Shown: one piece after another, positions 18,806 through 29,755 of the stretch
How positions within the stretch are numbered: position 1 is the stretch's first letter
Layout: every line of letters begins with the position of its first letter
IMG/VR virus record: IMGVR_UViG_3300021964_000082
Coordinates: 1 to 56,686 of that record
DNA from: a virus
Taxonomy: Duplodnaviria; Caudoviricetes
Strand: one strand, 5' to 3'
DNA length: 56,686 bases
Notes under the pieces: generated by a model
The model's database searches: none
Told to the model about the DNA's origin: nothing
What the model saw: only the letters and a program-made list of their open reading frames with translations
Program-made: the position numbers and the translations under genes

Positions 18806-18937
18806 ATGAATTGTAAAAAATGTAATAAAACATTTAGTTGTGGTTGTCAGAAAACAAAAGCATCAGATGGAGCAACTGTGCATAAAGCATGTAAATCTGA
18901 ATATGAGGCAACTTTAAAAGTAGAGAATGCAAAATAA
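18806..18937 (+). CDS. 43-aa Cys/His-rich small protein
   Basis: Manual translation MNCKKCNKTFSCGCQKTKASDGATVHKACKSEYEATLKVENAK; TAA overlaps next ATG; AAACCAA leader. Confidence 0.65.
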   Translation: MNCKKCNKTFSCGCQKTKASDGATVHKACKSEYEATLKVENAK

Positions 18938-19443
18938 TGGATACTGCTTTAATTAAACAGATAGAAACGGAAAGAAAATTTGCTACTGCTGTATATAAAA
19001 ACTTTATGTCTTTAAGATATGGTATGGATCCGTGCTGTCTTGTAGACATGGAAGCAGCAGCAATTGATAAAAGTTTGTGTGATTGGGAAGATTTAAAGTC
19101 AAAATTTGAAATGGTTGATAAGACAAAAAATATACAAACATGTTCTACATCTTCTAACTCAGGTGCGCTTACATGGACAACGGCTGATATTGAAGGATTA
19201 ATTAAAAGAATAGAAATTCTTGAAACTACATCTTTGGAAGATGAAAAAGATTTGAACTATGTTCATGATCAACCTACTCCATCATTTACATGGACAATAA
19301 ATCACAATCTTAATAAGAAACCTTCAGTAAGATTAGAAGATCTTACAGGTGCAGATATTATAGGTGAGATTAATTACACAAATGATAATACAGTAACAAT
19401 ACAATTTGCAATTCCTGTTGCTGGAACTGCTTACTTAAATTAA
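18937..19443 (+). CDS. putative tail/fibre-attachment protein
   Basis: C-terminal WTINHNLNKKPSV...F...VAGTAYLN beta domain common in phage fibre-associated proteins. Confidence 0.6.
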   Translation: MDTALIKQIETERKFATAVYKNFMSLRYGMDPCCLVDMEAAAIDKSLCDWEDLKSKFEMVDKTKNIQTCSTSSNSGALTWTTADIEGLIKRIEILETTSLEDEKDLNYVHDQPTPSFTWTINHNLNKKPSVRLEDLTGADIIGEINYTNDNTVTIQFAIPVAGTAYLN

Positions 19444-19481
19444 TAGCAACAAAAATTAAGCAATAAACAAAAAAAACAATT

Positions 19482-21419
19482 ATGGCTCTTAAGTATTTGT
19501 CTCATTTAGAGACGTTAAACATTGACATGCAAGGGTACGAGTTACAGAATGCTGTAATACACACTCTTACCACTGCAACAAGACCTGCAAGTCCTACAGC
19601 AGGTCAGATTATTTACAACTCATCAACGGGTTCATTAGAAGTATTTGATGGATCAGCATGGGTTTCTGCTTCAGGTGATATTACTGCAGTAACTGTATCA
19701 AGTGGTGCTGGTCTTACTGGTAGTGCTTCTGGTACTTCAGGTGCAGTATCTGGTACTATTGCTCTTGATTATGCTGGATCAGACAACTTTATTTTAGCTG
19801 CTGGTGCGGGTTCAGGTGATGTTACAACTGCTATGCACATTGCAGTATCTGATGCATCAGATAACGTTAACTATTATGATGTACTTGCTTTACCATTTAC
19901 AGATAACACTGGTACTGTAACTAGCGTTGCTGCTTCTGGTTCTGGTGGTGTAACTATTTCTGGTAGCCCTATTACTACTTCAGGTACTATTGCAATTGGT
20001 CTTTCTAATGTTCCTAACAGTTCATTGGCTAATGACTCAGTTGAAATTATTGCTGGTAAAGGTTTGCAGGATGGCGGTTCTGTAGCATTGGGTGCTAGTG
20101 TAACATTAAATGTTGATTACCTAGGTACAGATAACGTTGTTGTTGCTGCTACAGACTCAAGAGGTGTCCCTGTACAACCAGATTGGTCTTTGCTTGTTTC
20201 TAATAATGACTCAGGAAATGCAGAACGTTTTCTAATTGGTGATTTACCATTTAGCACTACTAGTGGTACAGTAACTTCTGTAGCTGTTGGTGGTAATGAT
20301 GGTATTACTGTTTCAGGTTCTCCGATTACAAGTTCAGGTACTATTTCTTTAGGATTAGCTGATCTTAGCATTGCAAATGCTAAACTTGCAAATTCTCAAG
20401 TAACATTTGGTTCTACAACTGTAGGCTTGGGTGGTACTTCAACTTCTATTGCTGGTTTAACTGAATTAGATTTTGTTGCCGGTGATAGAGTTATTGGTGC
20501 TTCTATTGGTGCAAATAATTTAACTCTTGGTGCTGCAACTTCTACAGTTGTTATTCCTGGTGATTTGCGTGTTGATGGAACAACCACTCAAGTTAACTCT
20601 AATGAAGTTAATATTGGTGATGCAATTATTACATTGAATGCTGATGAAACTGGTGCTCCTTCTCAAAACGCAGGTTTTGAAGTAGAAAGAGGTACTTCTA
20701 CAAATGTAAGTTTAGTTTGGGATGAAGCTGCTGATAGATGGGACTTTGGTGCTGCTTATGATGTACGTGCTAATGCATTTATTGGAAACTTAGAAGGTAC
20801 TGCTGATGATGCTAGTAAATGGACTACAGCTAGAACTATTACTCTTGGTGGTGATGCTTCTGGTTCTGTATCTATTGATGGTTCTGCTAACGTAACTCTT
20901 ACTGTAAGTGTTGATGGTGTTGCTGCAAACTCAGTTGCTCTTGGTACAGACACTACTGGTAACTACGTTGCTACTGCATCTGGTTCTAATGGTATTTCTG
21001 TAACTGGTTCAGGTTCTGAAACTGCAGCTATTACTATTTCTGGTGATAATGCTACTACTAGTGCAAAAGGTGTTGTTGAATTAGCAACTTCTAATGAAGC
21101 AATTACCGGTACTGATACTTCACGTGCTGTTACTCCTAAAGCTGCTAGTGACTTAGTTGCTGACAGACAAGCTGCAGTAAGAGTAAATGATGTTATACCT
21201 GCTGGTACTCCGATACATGGTGTTGCTCATGGCTTTGGTTCTACATTTGGTCTAAGCGTAGGTGCCGCTGCTCCTATTATTGTAAGTTACTTTGATACTG
21301 TAACTGGAGAGCAATTGATGATTGACACTGTTCAAGTAAGTATTGATCAAATAGAAGCAAGATTGGCTGGACCTCATGCTAATGACATCTTTGTTTCTAT
21401 AATGTATGCAGGAGCATAA
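19482..21419 (+). CDS. tail/head fibre protein
   Basis: G/S/T/A-rich; GTVTSV repeats, ARTITLGGDASGSVSIDGSANVTL, KGVVELAT...RAVTPK fibre motifs. Confidence 0.85.
   Translation: MALKYLSHLETLNIDMQGYELQNAVIHTLTTATRPASPTAGQIIYNSSTGSLEVFDGSAWVSASGDITAVTVSSGAGLTGSASGTSGAVSGTIALDYAGSDNFILAAGAGSGDVTTAMHIAVSDASDNVNYYDVLALPFTDNTGTVTSVAASGSGGVTISGSPITTSGTIAIGLSNVPNSSLANDSVEIIAGKGLQDGGSVALGASVTLNVDYLGTDNVVVAATDSRGVPVQPDWSLLVSNNDSGNAERFLIGDLPFSTTSGTVTSVAVGGNDGITVSGSPITSSGTISLGLADLSIANAKLANSQVTFGSTTVGLGGTSTSIAGLTELDFVAGDRVIGASIGANNLTLGAATSTVVIPGDLRVDGTTTQVNSNEVNIGDAIITLNADETGAPSQNAGFEVERGTSTNVSLVWDEAADRWDFGAAYDVRANAFIGNLEGTADDASKWTTARTITLGGDASGSVSIDGSANVTLTVSVDGVAANSVALGTDTTGNYVATASGSNGISVTGSGSETAAITISGDNATTSAKGVVELATSNEAITGTDTSRAVTPKAASDLVADRQAAVRVNDVIPAGTPIHGVAHGFGSTFGLSVGAAAPIIVSYFDTVTGEQLMIDTVQVSIDQIEARLAGPHANDIFVSIMYAGA
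19911..20357 (+). repeat. internal duplication in fibre gene (354-nt/118-aa period)
   Basis: GTVTSVAASGSGGVTISGSPITTSGTIAIGL at 19911 and GTVTSVAVGGNDGITVSGSPITSSGTISLGL at 20265. Confidence 0.8.
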
Positions 21420-21463
21420 TTTTAGAATAATTATTAGATTTGTATAAATCTGAATATTAAGAC

Positions 21464-24400
21464 ATGGCTATTAAATTTTTATCTGCTATAGACCACGGAG
21501 CATATCAGCTGCCAACAGCTGATGGCTCCAATGGTCAAGTATTGACAACTGACGGTAATGGAAATGTAACATTTCAAAGTGTTGCAGCTTCTTCTAATTA
21601 TTATTTAAATGGAGCATCTTTTAATACAGGTAATGGTGTTTTAACCTTAACTGTATCCGGTGCTGCTGATCAGACTGTTGATCTTGATGGTAGATATGCT
21701 TTATCTAGCCATGTTCATGATTATGATAACTATGGTTCTTGGAATTTAAAAACAAATTCTGTTCAAAGAACAACTGTACAGTCTGGGGGAGACTTAAACC
21801 TGGTAGCAGGTTCTAATGTTTCCCTCAGCTACAGTGCTGGAGGTACGGTAACAATTTCCTCCACAGACACAAATACAGACACTAATGATATAGACTACAT
21901 TAATGCTGCTTCATTTGATACTGGTAATGGTATTTTATCATTAACTGGTGTTGGTAGTGCGGGAGCATCTGTAGACTTAGACGGAAGATATTTACCTCTT
22001 TCTGGAGGTCTTATGTCTGGTCTTATTACATTTCAGACTGCAAGTACTAGCAATGGTTTTTACTGGAATGTAAACTCTGATCAAGCTGGTATTAACTTTA
22101 AGAATACTGGTGATGGAGATACAAACTCATATTTAAACTTCTTTACCAAAGATAATGGCAATGAATACTTTAAATTTAGTCATACACATTATCAGTCAGG
22201 AGGTAAGGATTTTATGGATATTAAAGATGGATCTGCAAGATTCAATGGTGATATTCGTGTAAATGCTACACAGAACGGAGATTTTGATGAAGGTACTAAT
22301 TATTTATCAGGTGGTGATTTAGTATGGCATACTGGAGATTTTACTTCTACAAATGTATCTAACTGGAACACAGCATATTCTTGGGGAAATCACGCAAGTG
22401 CTGGTTATATTACAGATGGTAATACTGGTTGGAATAATACTTATGGTTTTATAACTGCGTCTTCTACAGATACACTAACTAATAAGTCTGGTAATATATC
22501 TCAGTGGACTAATGATGCTGGATACACAACAACAAGTGGTACTATAACAGGTGTTAGTACTGGTACGGGATTAGATGGTACTGCTTCAAGTGGTAGTGTT
22601 ACAATTTCACTTGATTTATCTGAACTTACAGATATGACTGCAGCAGTTGATACAGGGGTGGATGAATTAATTCTTCTTGACAATGGTGCAGAACGCAGAA
22701 AAAGATTTGCTGAAATATTTGGTTCAGCTGCATATCAGAATACTTCTGCATTTGATCCAGCTGGTAGTGCAGCTAGTGCTTTAGCTGATGCAATAAATCA
22801 TACAGATGACAGAATTGACAATGAAGTATTGCCTACGTTTAGTGGATATCTTACAACTTCTGGCAAGGCTGCGGATTCAAATTTACTTGATGGTCTTGAT
22901 AGTAGTGCATTTTTAAGAAGTAATGCTAGTGATACATTTACAGGTGCTCTTACAATTAATGGATACATTAAAGGCAATGGTCAAGAATTAATTCTTAGTG
23001 CTGGTGAAAGTCATTCTTATGCTACGGGTCAGACTGGAGAGTATATTTATTTAAATGCAGAACAAGGTCTTGAAATTAATTCTGAAATAGGTAACTGGTC
23101 TGGCGGATGGGCTGCTAGAAAAACAGCATATCTAAGAGGTGATCAACTTACATTAGATGGTGAAACACTTTCTAAGACTAACATCCAAAACTTTAAGACT
23201 GCATACGGATGGGGTAACCATGCAAGTGCAGGATATTTAACATCTATTCCATCAACTTATGCAACTGACGCAGAACTTGGTGTAATAGAACAAGAGCTTA
23301 ATGATAGAATTGATAACGAAGTTTTACCAACATTTGCTTCATATCAACCCGTTGGGAATTATTTTACAGATGGTGATACAGTAATAAATATGACCAATAA
23401 TGATGGTTTTGTTTATGATGATAACATTAATAAAATGTATGTTAAACTTGACGGTACTAACCGTGAGATTTATCATACAGGAATTTTTACTGATAATTCT
23501 GCCAACTGGAATACTGCTTATGGATGGGGTAATCATGCATCAGCTGGATATATTACATCTCTTTCGGGATATGCTACAACAAGTTATGTAGATACTGCAG
23601 TATCAAATCTTGTTGATTCTGCTCCTGGAACATTAGATACACTTAATGAACTTGCCGCTGCTCTCGGTGATGATCCCAACTTTGCAACAACAATTTCCAA
23701 TCAAATTGGTACTAAACTTGATGCAACTCATGATATGACATTAACCTTAAATGGTGATGTTTCAGGTGCTGCTACATTTACAGATATGGGTAATGCAACT
23801 CTTACAGTAGCAGTTGCAAATGATTCACATACACATGATGGTCGTTACTATACAGAGGCAGAAGTAAATAGCCTTCTTGCTGGTAAACTTAGCACAAGTG
23901 GTAAAGCTGCTGATTCAAACTTATTGGATGGTCTTGACTTAGGTGGGACAAGAGCAAATGTTGCAAATAAAGTTGTAAGAACAGATACAAATGGATATGC
24001 AAACTTTGGTTGGATTAACACAACATCTGGAAACACAACAAGTACGCTTACAGATATATATGTAAACACTAATGATGGATACATAAGAAAGACAACACCT
24101 GCTCATTTTAGAAGTCAGATTACTGATTCTCATTATGATGCAGCAGGATCTGCAGCAGAAGTAAATAATAGAATTGACACAGAAGTATTTGATGCTATTG
24201 CAACTGTAGATGGTAATATTCCTACAAACAACAACCAGCTAACCAATGGTGCAGGGTATATTACTGGAGTTCCTTCTTCATTTAGCACAAATACAATTAA
24301 CATTGGTGCTAAAGTTACACTAACTGAATCTTCAGATAGATCTGATCTTTTATATATAAATAGTAGTACAAGTTCTTGGGGTGGTCTTCAAATAGGCAAT

Positions 24401-26587
24401 ACATCAAACGAGTTTATATTCTCTTTAATGGGAGATGGAACTACAGGTGGTATTTATGATGATCAAAATTCTGATTGGATCATTCAATGGACTGAAAATG
24501 CAGGTGTAAGATTATATCATAATGCAGGTCAAAAATTAACAACTACTTCTACGGGTATTACTATTTCAGGTGAAATTGTAACTACAGGTGGCAACTCTAC
24601 AAACTGGAATACAGCATACGGGTGGGGCAACCACGCATCTGCTGGTTATTTAACTAGTGAAACTTATACTGCTCATGAAAATACTTCTAACCTTAGTGGT
24701 GCTTATGGTGGTAATAACAATGGTGTAGTAATAGAAGATATTACTGTTGACGCTAATGGTCATGTTACTGCAGTAGGTACTAGAGATTTAGATGGTAGAT
24801 TTGATGCAGCGGGTAGTGCAGCTACAGCAGAAGCTAATGCTATTGCTTATGCAGATTCGCGCATTGAAGATGAAGTGCTTCCTGCTATCCCAACAAACAA
24901 TAATCAATTAACCAATGGTGCCGGTTATGTAACTTCAAGCGGTAATACTATCATAGGTACAGATAGTGATATTAACACAAGTGGTTATACAATTATTGAT
25001 AATTTGTATATGACTGATGGTGTTATAACATCACATGGCTCAAGAAGCTTAACTAACATATATGCAGAAGATACAAGAGCTGCTGAAAAAGCACCAAATG
25101 ATTATCTTGATAACTCTTTATCTGTAGAGTTTACAGATGAATTTGCTAGTCTTGGATCTTGGTACAGTGGTATGACAGTAAAAGGTTGGAGTGATAATTA
25201 TGCTGCTTGGCAATTAATTAGTAGTTCTAATACATCTACCAATAATGAATTGTACTTTAGAACTGGTGTTGGTACTTCTTGGAATAGTTTATATAGAGTA
25301 TGGCATAGTGGAAACTTAGATGCATTTGTTGGTGCTAGTGTATCAAATGATACTATCACATTTACAAAAGCCAATGGTGGAACAGTGGCTGTTTCAACAA
25401 GTGATGCAAATACCAACTATTTCCTTAATGGTATTAGTAGAAGTGGTAATACACTAACATTTAGTGTTTCTGGAACAACTAATAGAAGTTATACATTTGG
25501 ATCTGCAGCATGGGCTGCAACAAGTGCCTTTGATGCCGCAGGTGCTGCTGCTGCAGTTGATGCTCGCATTGATGAAGAAGTGTTACCAGCTATTCCTACT
25601 AACAATAACCAACTTACAAACGGAGCTGGATACATTACCGATTTACCAAATGCAGGAATTGGTGCAGGAACTTATGGTTCTACATCAAACTCAACTAAGA
25701 TAGACACTATTACCGTAGATGCTAAAGGTAGAGTTACTGCCGTAGCAACTGGTGCAGGTGGAGATATAACAGCTGTAAGACTTGTTGCTGATGGAGGCTC
25801 TTATGTGCAAGATACAAGTGGTACTGCGGTTCTAACAATTGCAGGTGGTAGTGGTATAACTACTTCTGCAAGCGGAACAACAATTACTGTAACTAATGAC
25901 GAGGCTGGTGCTGCTGATGCAGTTGATGCTCGTATTGATAATGAAGTTCTTCCTGCAATACCAACAAACAATAACCAACTTACCAATGGTGCTGGATATA
26001 TAACATCTTATGTGAACACCACATACTCAGCTGATGGTAACTATGGTATGACTTTATCTGGTACTGCATTTAGACTTGAAAATGACCGTAGAAGAAACAG
26101 CAGTACTACTGATATTTATACAGGTAATACTCATGATTTTACATTCTATGATGCAAGTGTAGGTATTAGATGGTATACTGCTGGTGCTGAAGATATGCGT
26201 TTGCAAGATAACGGTACACTTCATGTAGATGGTGATGTTATTGCTTATTCTAGTACAATATCTGATCAAACCTTTAAAGATGATGTTGTTACTATAGATA
26301 ATGCTATAGATAAGGTTAAAAAACTTAGAGGTGTTGAGTACACTTGGAATAGCGGATATAGAAAAGGCAAAAGAGATATTGGTCTTATTGCACAAGAAGT
26401 TGAAGAAGTATTACCGGAAATTGTACATGAGCATGAAATGCCTCTTATGGAAGATGCAGAAGCCGGTAAAACATATAAGACTGTTGACTATGAAAAAATG
26501 GTTGGCGTACTTATAGAAGCAATGAAAGAACAACAATCTCAAATAGATTCCTTAAAAGCTGAAGTAGAACTATTAAAGGGTAACTAA
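21464..26587 (+). CDS. long tail fibre with C-terminal intramolecular chaperone (peptidase S74-like)
   Basis: 1707 aa mosaic of repeats; C-terminal SDQTFKDD...LRGVEYTW...IGLIAQEVEEVLPEIV...VDY...LIEAMKE. Confidence 0.9.
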   Translation: MAIKFLSAIDHGAYQLPTADGSNGQVLTTDGNGNVTFQSVAASSNYYLNGASFNTGNGVLTLTVSGAADQTVDLDGRYALSSHVHDYDNYGSWNLKTNSVQRTTVQSGGDLNLVAGSNVSLSYSAGGTVTISSTDTNTDTNDIDYINAASFDTGNGILSLTGVGSAGASVDLDGRYLPLSGGLMSGLITFQTASTSNGFYWNVNSDQAGINFKNTGDGDTNSYLNFFTKDNGNEYFKFSHTHYQSGGKDFMDIKDGSARFNGDIRVNATQNGDFDEGTNYLSGGDLVWHTGDFTSTNVSNWNTAYSWGNHASAGYITDGNTGWNNTYGFITASSTDTLTNKSGNISQWTNDAGYTTTSGTITGVSTGTGLDGTASSGSVTISLDLSELTDMTAAVDTGVDELILLDNGAERRKRFAEIFGSAAYQNTSAFDPAGSAASALADAINHTDDRIDNEVLPTFSGYLTTSGKAADSNLLDGLDSSAFLRSNASDTFTGALTINGYIKGNGQELILSAGESHSYATGQTGEYIYLNAEQGLEINSEIGNWSGGWAARKTAYLRGDQLTLDGETLSKTNIQNFKTAYGWGNHASAGYLTSIPSTYATDAELGVIEQELNDRIDNEVLPTFASYQPVGNYFTDGDTVINMTNNDGFVYDDNINKMYVKLDGTNREIYHTGIFTDNSANWNTAYGWGNHASAGYITSLSGYATTSYVDTAVSNLVDSAPGTLDTLNELAAALGDDPNFATTISNQIGTKLDATHDMTLTLNGDVSGAATFTDMGNATLTVAVANDSHTHDGRYYTEAEVNSLLAGKLSTSGKAADSNLLDGLDLGGTRANVANKVVRTDTNGYANFGWINTTSGNTTSTLTDIYVNTNDGYIRKTTPAHFRSQITDSHYDAAGSAAEVNNRIDTEVFDAIATVDGNIPTNNNQLTNGAGYITGVPSSFSTNTINIGAKVTLTESSDRSDLLYINSSTSSWGGLQIGNTSNEFIFSLMGDGTTGGIYDDQNSDWIIQWTENAGVRLYHNAGQKLTTTSTGITISGEIVTTGGNSTNWNTAYGWGNHASAGYLTSETYTAHENTSNLSGAYGGNNNGVVIEDITVDANGHVTAVGTRDLDGRFDAAGSAATAEANAIAYADSRIEDEVLPAIPTNNNQLTNGAGYVTSSGNTIIGTDSDINTSGYTIIDNLYMTDGVITSHGSRSLTNIYAEDTRAAEKAPNDYLDNSLSVEFTDEFASLGSWYSGMTVKGWSDNYAAWQLISSSNTSTNNELYFRTGVGTSWNSLYRVWHSGNLDAFVGASVSNDTITFTKANGGTVAVSTSDANTNYFLNGISRSGNTLTFSVSGTTNRSYTFGSAAWAATSAFDAAGAAAAVDARIDEEVLPAIPTNNNQLTNGAGYITDLPNAGIGAGTYGSTSNSTKIDTITVDAKGRVTAVATGAGGDITAVRLVADGGSYVQDTSGTAVLTIAGGSGITTSASGTTITVTNDEAGAADAVDARIDNEVLPAIPTNNNQLTNGAGYITSYVNTTYSADGNYGMTLSGTAFRLENDRRRNSSTTDIYTGNTHDFTFYDASVGIRWYTAGAEDMRLQDNGTLHVDGDVIAYSSTISDQTFKDDVVTIDNAIDKVKKLRGVEYTWNSGYRKGKRDIGLIAQEVEEVLPEIVHEHEMPLMEDAEAGKTYKTVDYEKMVGVLIEAMKEQQSQIDSLKAEVELLKGN
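22361..26000 (+). repeat. dispersed peptide repeats in tail fibre
   Basis: TAY(G/S)WGNHASAGY x4 (near 22361, 23198, 23504, 24602); RI(D/E)xEV x6 (22811, 23306, 24170, 24860, 25565, 25931); PTNNNQLTNGAGY x4; SGKAADSNLLDGLD x2. Confidence 0.9.
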
Positions 26588-26588
26588 T

Positions 26589-27062
26589 ATGCCACTTCAA
26601 GGATCAGGTCAAATAAACATAAGTCAGATTAATGCAGAACTTGGATTATCAAATTCAAATTCAAGTTTAGCCGGTTTATCTGGTGCTGCAAATAACACAG
26701 ATCCTTGTAACTTATCTAACTTACCTGGATCAAATGGTGCTCCTCATGCAATGTCAGAGTTTTATGCTTATGATCATAACTGTACATCAGGACCATCATT
26801 ATTACAATGTAATATTGCAGGACCTTTTGGTTCACCTGATGAGGCTTGTGCAGTAGGTTTTGAATTTTGTGAAATAGAGCCTCTTACTGTTTTTACAGAT
26901 GGAGAAAGTTGTTGTCCTGAATTTAATAATGCATATTACACAGATTCTAATGGAAATGGATTTGTAGAACCCGGTTGGTATTATGCATGTGAATGTTCAA
27001 GTCCATATGCATTCTTAATAGAAGATTCTGGTTTTATACTTGAAACTGTACCTTGCGGCTAA
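26589..27062 (+). CDS. fibre-associated Cys-rich protein
   Basis: N-terminal MPLQGSGQINISQINAELG...MSEFY motif typical of proteins following fibre genes. Confidence 0.65.
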   Translation: MPLQGSGQINISQINAELGLSNSNSSLAGLSGAANNTDPCNLSNLPGSNGAPHAMSEFYAYDHNCTSGPSLLQCNIAGPFGSPDEACAVGFEFCEIEPLTVFTDGESCCPEFNNAYYTDSNGNGFVEPGWYYACECSSPYAFLIEDSGFILETVPCG

Positions 27063-27079
27063 TAATATTTTTTTATATA

Positions 27080-27110
27080 TTTGATATCAAAGACAAAACA
27101 TATATATTTG
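27080..27110 (+). promoter_or_regulatory. Bacteroidota sigma-A type promoter
   Basis: TTTG (27080-27083), 19-nt spacer, TATATTTG (27103-27110): full consensus match. Confidence 0.7.
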
Positions 27111-27133
27111 TATAAATTAATTAATTAAACGTC

Positions 27134-27427
27134 ATGGCAAAAAAATCAACAAAAAAAGCATCAGCTGAAAAAAAGATTACTGCTGAAGAATTAGAACAAT
27201 TGCAAGGTTTACAACAAGCTATTGGAAATGCTGTAAACAATCTTGCTAACATTGAAATTGCAAAATATGAATTATTGCAAGATCATGGTAAAATGAAAGC
27301 AGCAATGCAAGAATTTAGTTTGTCTCTACAAGAAAAATATGGAGAGGTAAATATTTCTCTTGCTGATGGTACAATTTCTGAAGTTGAAAAAACTGAAGAG
27401 CCAAAGCTAAAAGCTGTTACTGAATAA
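27134..27427 (+). CDS. small coiled-coil protein (possible fibre assembly chaperone)
   Basis: 97 aa; helical hairpin followed by LQEKYGEVNISLADGTI. Confidence 0.7.
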   Translation: MAKKSTKKASAEKKITAEELEQLQGLQQAIGNAVNNLANIEIAKYELLQDHGKMKAAMQEFSLSLQEKYGEVNISLADGTISEVEKTEEPKLKAVTE

Positions 27428-27504
27428 TCTTTAGTACAAGCTTTTCATAAATCCTATTTTGTAACTTAATAGTAATTAAACTTCTTGTTTGATTACAAAA
27501 ACTT

Positions 27505-27521
27505 TTGTATATTATAGTGTA
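27505..27521 (+). promoter_or_regulatory. putative phage late promoter motif
   Basis: TTGTATATT-ATAGT-GT (spacer one nt shorter). Confidence 0.55.
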
Positions 27522-27558
27522 TACTAGTAAGTTTTATTAGTTATAAAATAGGATTTTT

Positions 27559-29745
27559 ATGTTACCAATAAATAATGGGGATACATCACCCTGCTCTCAC
27601 ATATCATCAAATTGCGTTTTATGGCAAGGTCCAGATATTCCTTGTATTGGATTATGTCATGGTGATACTGTAAGTGATGTAATTGCAAAGCTTGCAGAAC
27701 AACTATGTGATTTAATAGATGGTGCTACTTCTTCTGAACCTAATCTTTCTGGTTTAGATTTATTATGTGTTCTTCCTGAAGGACAGACAGCCCCAGATAC
27801 AGTTGCTGATACAATGCAACTTATAATTGATCATGTATGTAATATACAAGGTGGTGTTGAATATTCTTTACCTATTATATCTTTACCTGCTTGCTTGCGT
27901 TATACTCCTGAAGGTAGAACTGATCAAGTAAATCAACTTCCTTTAGATGAATATGCAGAGTTATTAGCTACAAAAATTTGTGATATATTATCTAGCATAG
28001 AACTTATTAATGCTACAATATTAAATCATGAAACAAGAATTGTAGCACTAGAAGACTGTGTACTACCATGTACAGACTCTGTTGATGAAGTAGATGTTGT
28101 ATCTTCTTGTATTATACCAGGAACGGTTGCTCATTCAGCACTAACATTAGCTTTAGAAACAAGATTTTGTTCTTTGGAAGATGCGGTTGGACAGCCGGCT
28201 TTAATAGCAAATGCAATAAATGTAGCAGGATGTATAACAGGATCTACAACAACTTTAAGCGGAACTAGCACATATGGTTCATTATCAGGTTGGGTAAATA
28301 ACCCAAATACATTAGCCCAATCAGTACAAAATGCTTGGGTTGTTTTATGTGATATGTATTCTGCAATAGAAGATATTCAAACTAATTGTTGTCCTGGAGC
28401 TTGTGACTCAGTTGTATTTGCATATACGGCAGAAGTTCAAAGATCAAGTACTTCAGGAATTCCTACATCATTAAATATTTTATTTAATGGTACTAATATA
28501 CCATCTGGTAATTTTGAAGATTGTGGTGGTAGTACAACAATAACTGTTACTGATTCAAATGGTACTGTAGTAACACAACAAGTTAGTGTGGTTGCTTTAG
28601 CTGGATCTACAACTCCAACAAATATATCTTTATCAGGTCTTGATGTTTATGATGACTTAACAGTAGATGTTGATTTCTGTATTTCAGATGAAAGCAATAC
28701 GTGTAGTGAAACAGATTCAAAAATAATTTCATTAAATACACCTTGTCCAACTGATATACAAGCATCTGAAATTACTGAAGAAGGTTTAACAGTAACCTTT
28801 ACTAACTATTTAGGTACTACAGCTAGTTATATTATTCAAATAATTAATACTGCAACAGGATTAGCAGAAGCTACAGCTACTGTTACATCTCCCCCTGTAT
28901 CTGTGACACAAGCAATAACAGGCTTACAAGCAAACACAGCCTACCAAATTAAAGTAACAACTCAGATAAATGGTAATCAATCAGTTTGTTCAACAGTTGC
29001 TTTTTCAACAATAGAAGATACAGTTAGTTGTGATGAAGGTATAGATCTAGTAGTTATTATGGATTATACAGGTAGTATGAGTAATGATATTACTGATGCT
29101 AAGACTGGAGCTGCTGGTCTTGTTACAACCTTGGCTACAGCGTCAGGAACAAATGATTATAGAATGGCTCTTGTACTTGCGGATGAATATGCAAATTCTG
29201 GACAACCATATTATGCAACAAATACAGAATATACAACACTACCTAGTGCGCAAAAATATGCAAATACTACAGGTACGCCAAATTCTGATATATACATAAC
29301 AGCAATGGAAGTGTTCGGTACTAATAACGGAACAACATTTACAACTCAATTAAATAAAATTGATAATACAATGCCGTTAGGATATGGTCTAGACTCACCT
29401 GAGCCTTTAGATAGAGCTTTAGATTTAGTAATAAATGATGATTTTGTTGGTGCATTTAGAAATAATGTTGCTAAATATGCGGTAATTATCACAGATGCTT
29501 TACCAAGTGGTTTAGATGATATCTATAATGATTCTGGTGAAAATGATGATGTATTTATTAGTACTTTAGAAACAACTTGTATTGCAGAGGGTATTAAAGT
29601 AATTGTGTTAGGAACAGGTGCAGGAAATCAAGTATGGCAAGATCTTGCAACTAACACTGGTGGTTCTTATGATACTTCATTTGATGCATCTTCTATTTCT
29701 TCTGCAATAGTTAACTTATGTGGTGGTTCTACTCCAGCTCCTTAA
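27559..29745 (+). CDS. Cys-rich protein with FN3-like and C-terminal vWA domains
   Basis: FN3 motif ITGLQANTAYQIKV; vWA DLVVIMDYTGSM (MIDAS-like), AVIITDA, LATNTGG. Confidence 0.8.
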   Translation: MLPINNGDTSPCSHISSNCVLWQGPDIPCIGLCHGDTVSDVIAKLAEQLCDLIDGATSSEPNLSGLDLLCVLPEGQTAPDTVADTMQLIIDHVCNIQGGVEYSLPIISLPACLRYTPEGRTDQVNQLPLDEYAELLATKICDILSSIELINATILNHETRIVALEDCVLPCTDSVDEVDVVSSCIIPGTVAHSALTLALETRFCSLEDAVGQPALIANAINVAGCITGSTTTLSGTSTYGSLSGWVNNPNTLAQSVQNAWVVLCDMYSAIEDIQTNCCPGACDSVVFAYTAEVQRSSTSGIPTSLNILFNGTNIPSGNFEDCGGSTTITVTDSNGTVVTQQVSVVALAGSTTPTNISLSGLDVYDDLTVDVDFCISDESNTCSETDSKIISLNTPCPTDIQASEITEEGLTVTFTNYLGTTASYIIQIINTATGLAEATATVTSPPVSVTQAITGLQANTAYQIKVTTQINGNQSVCSTVAFSTIEDTVSCDEGIDLVVIMDYTGSMSNDITDAKTGAAGLVTTLATASGTNDYRMALVLADEYANSGQPYYATNTEYTTLPSAQKYANTTGTPNSDIYITAMEVFGTNNGTTFTTQLNKIDNTMPLGYGLDSPEPLDRALDLVINDDFVGAFRNNVAKYAVIITDALPSGLDDIYNDSGENDDVFISTLETTCIAEGIKVIVLGTGAGNQVWQDLATNTGGSYDTSFDASSISSAIVNLCGGSTPAP

Positions 29746-29755
29746 AAAATAAATT

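Noticed and set aside
21435-21442. Host-type -7 element TAGATTTG before the long fibre gene
   Set aside because: No matching -33 element; may be chance in AT-rich DNA
21464-26587. CRISPR array or diversity-generating retroelement repeats
   Set aside because: Repeats are in-frame peptide repeats with synonymous variation and irregular spacing; no reverse transcriptase or cas gene in the window
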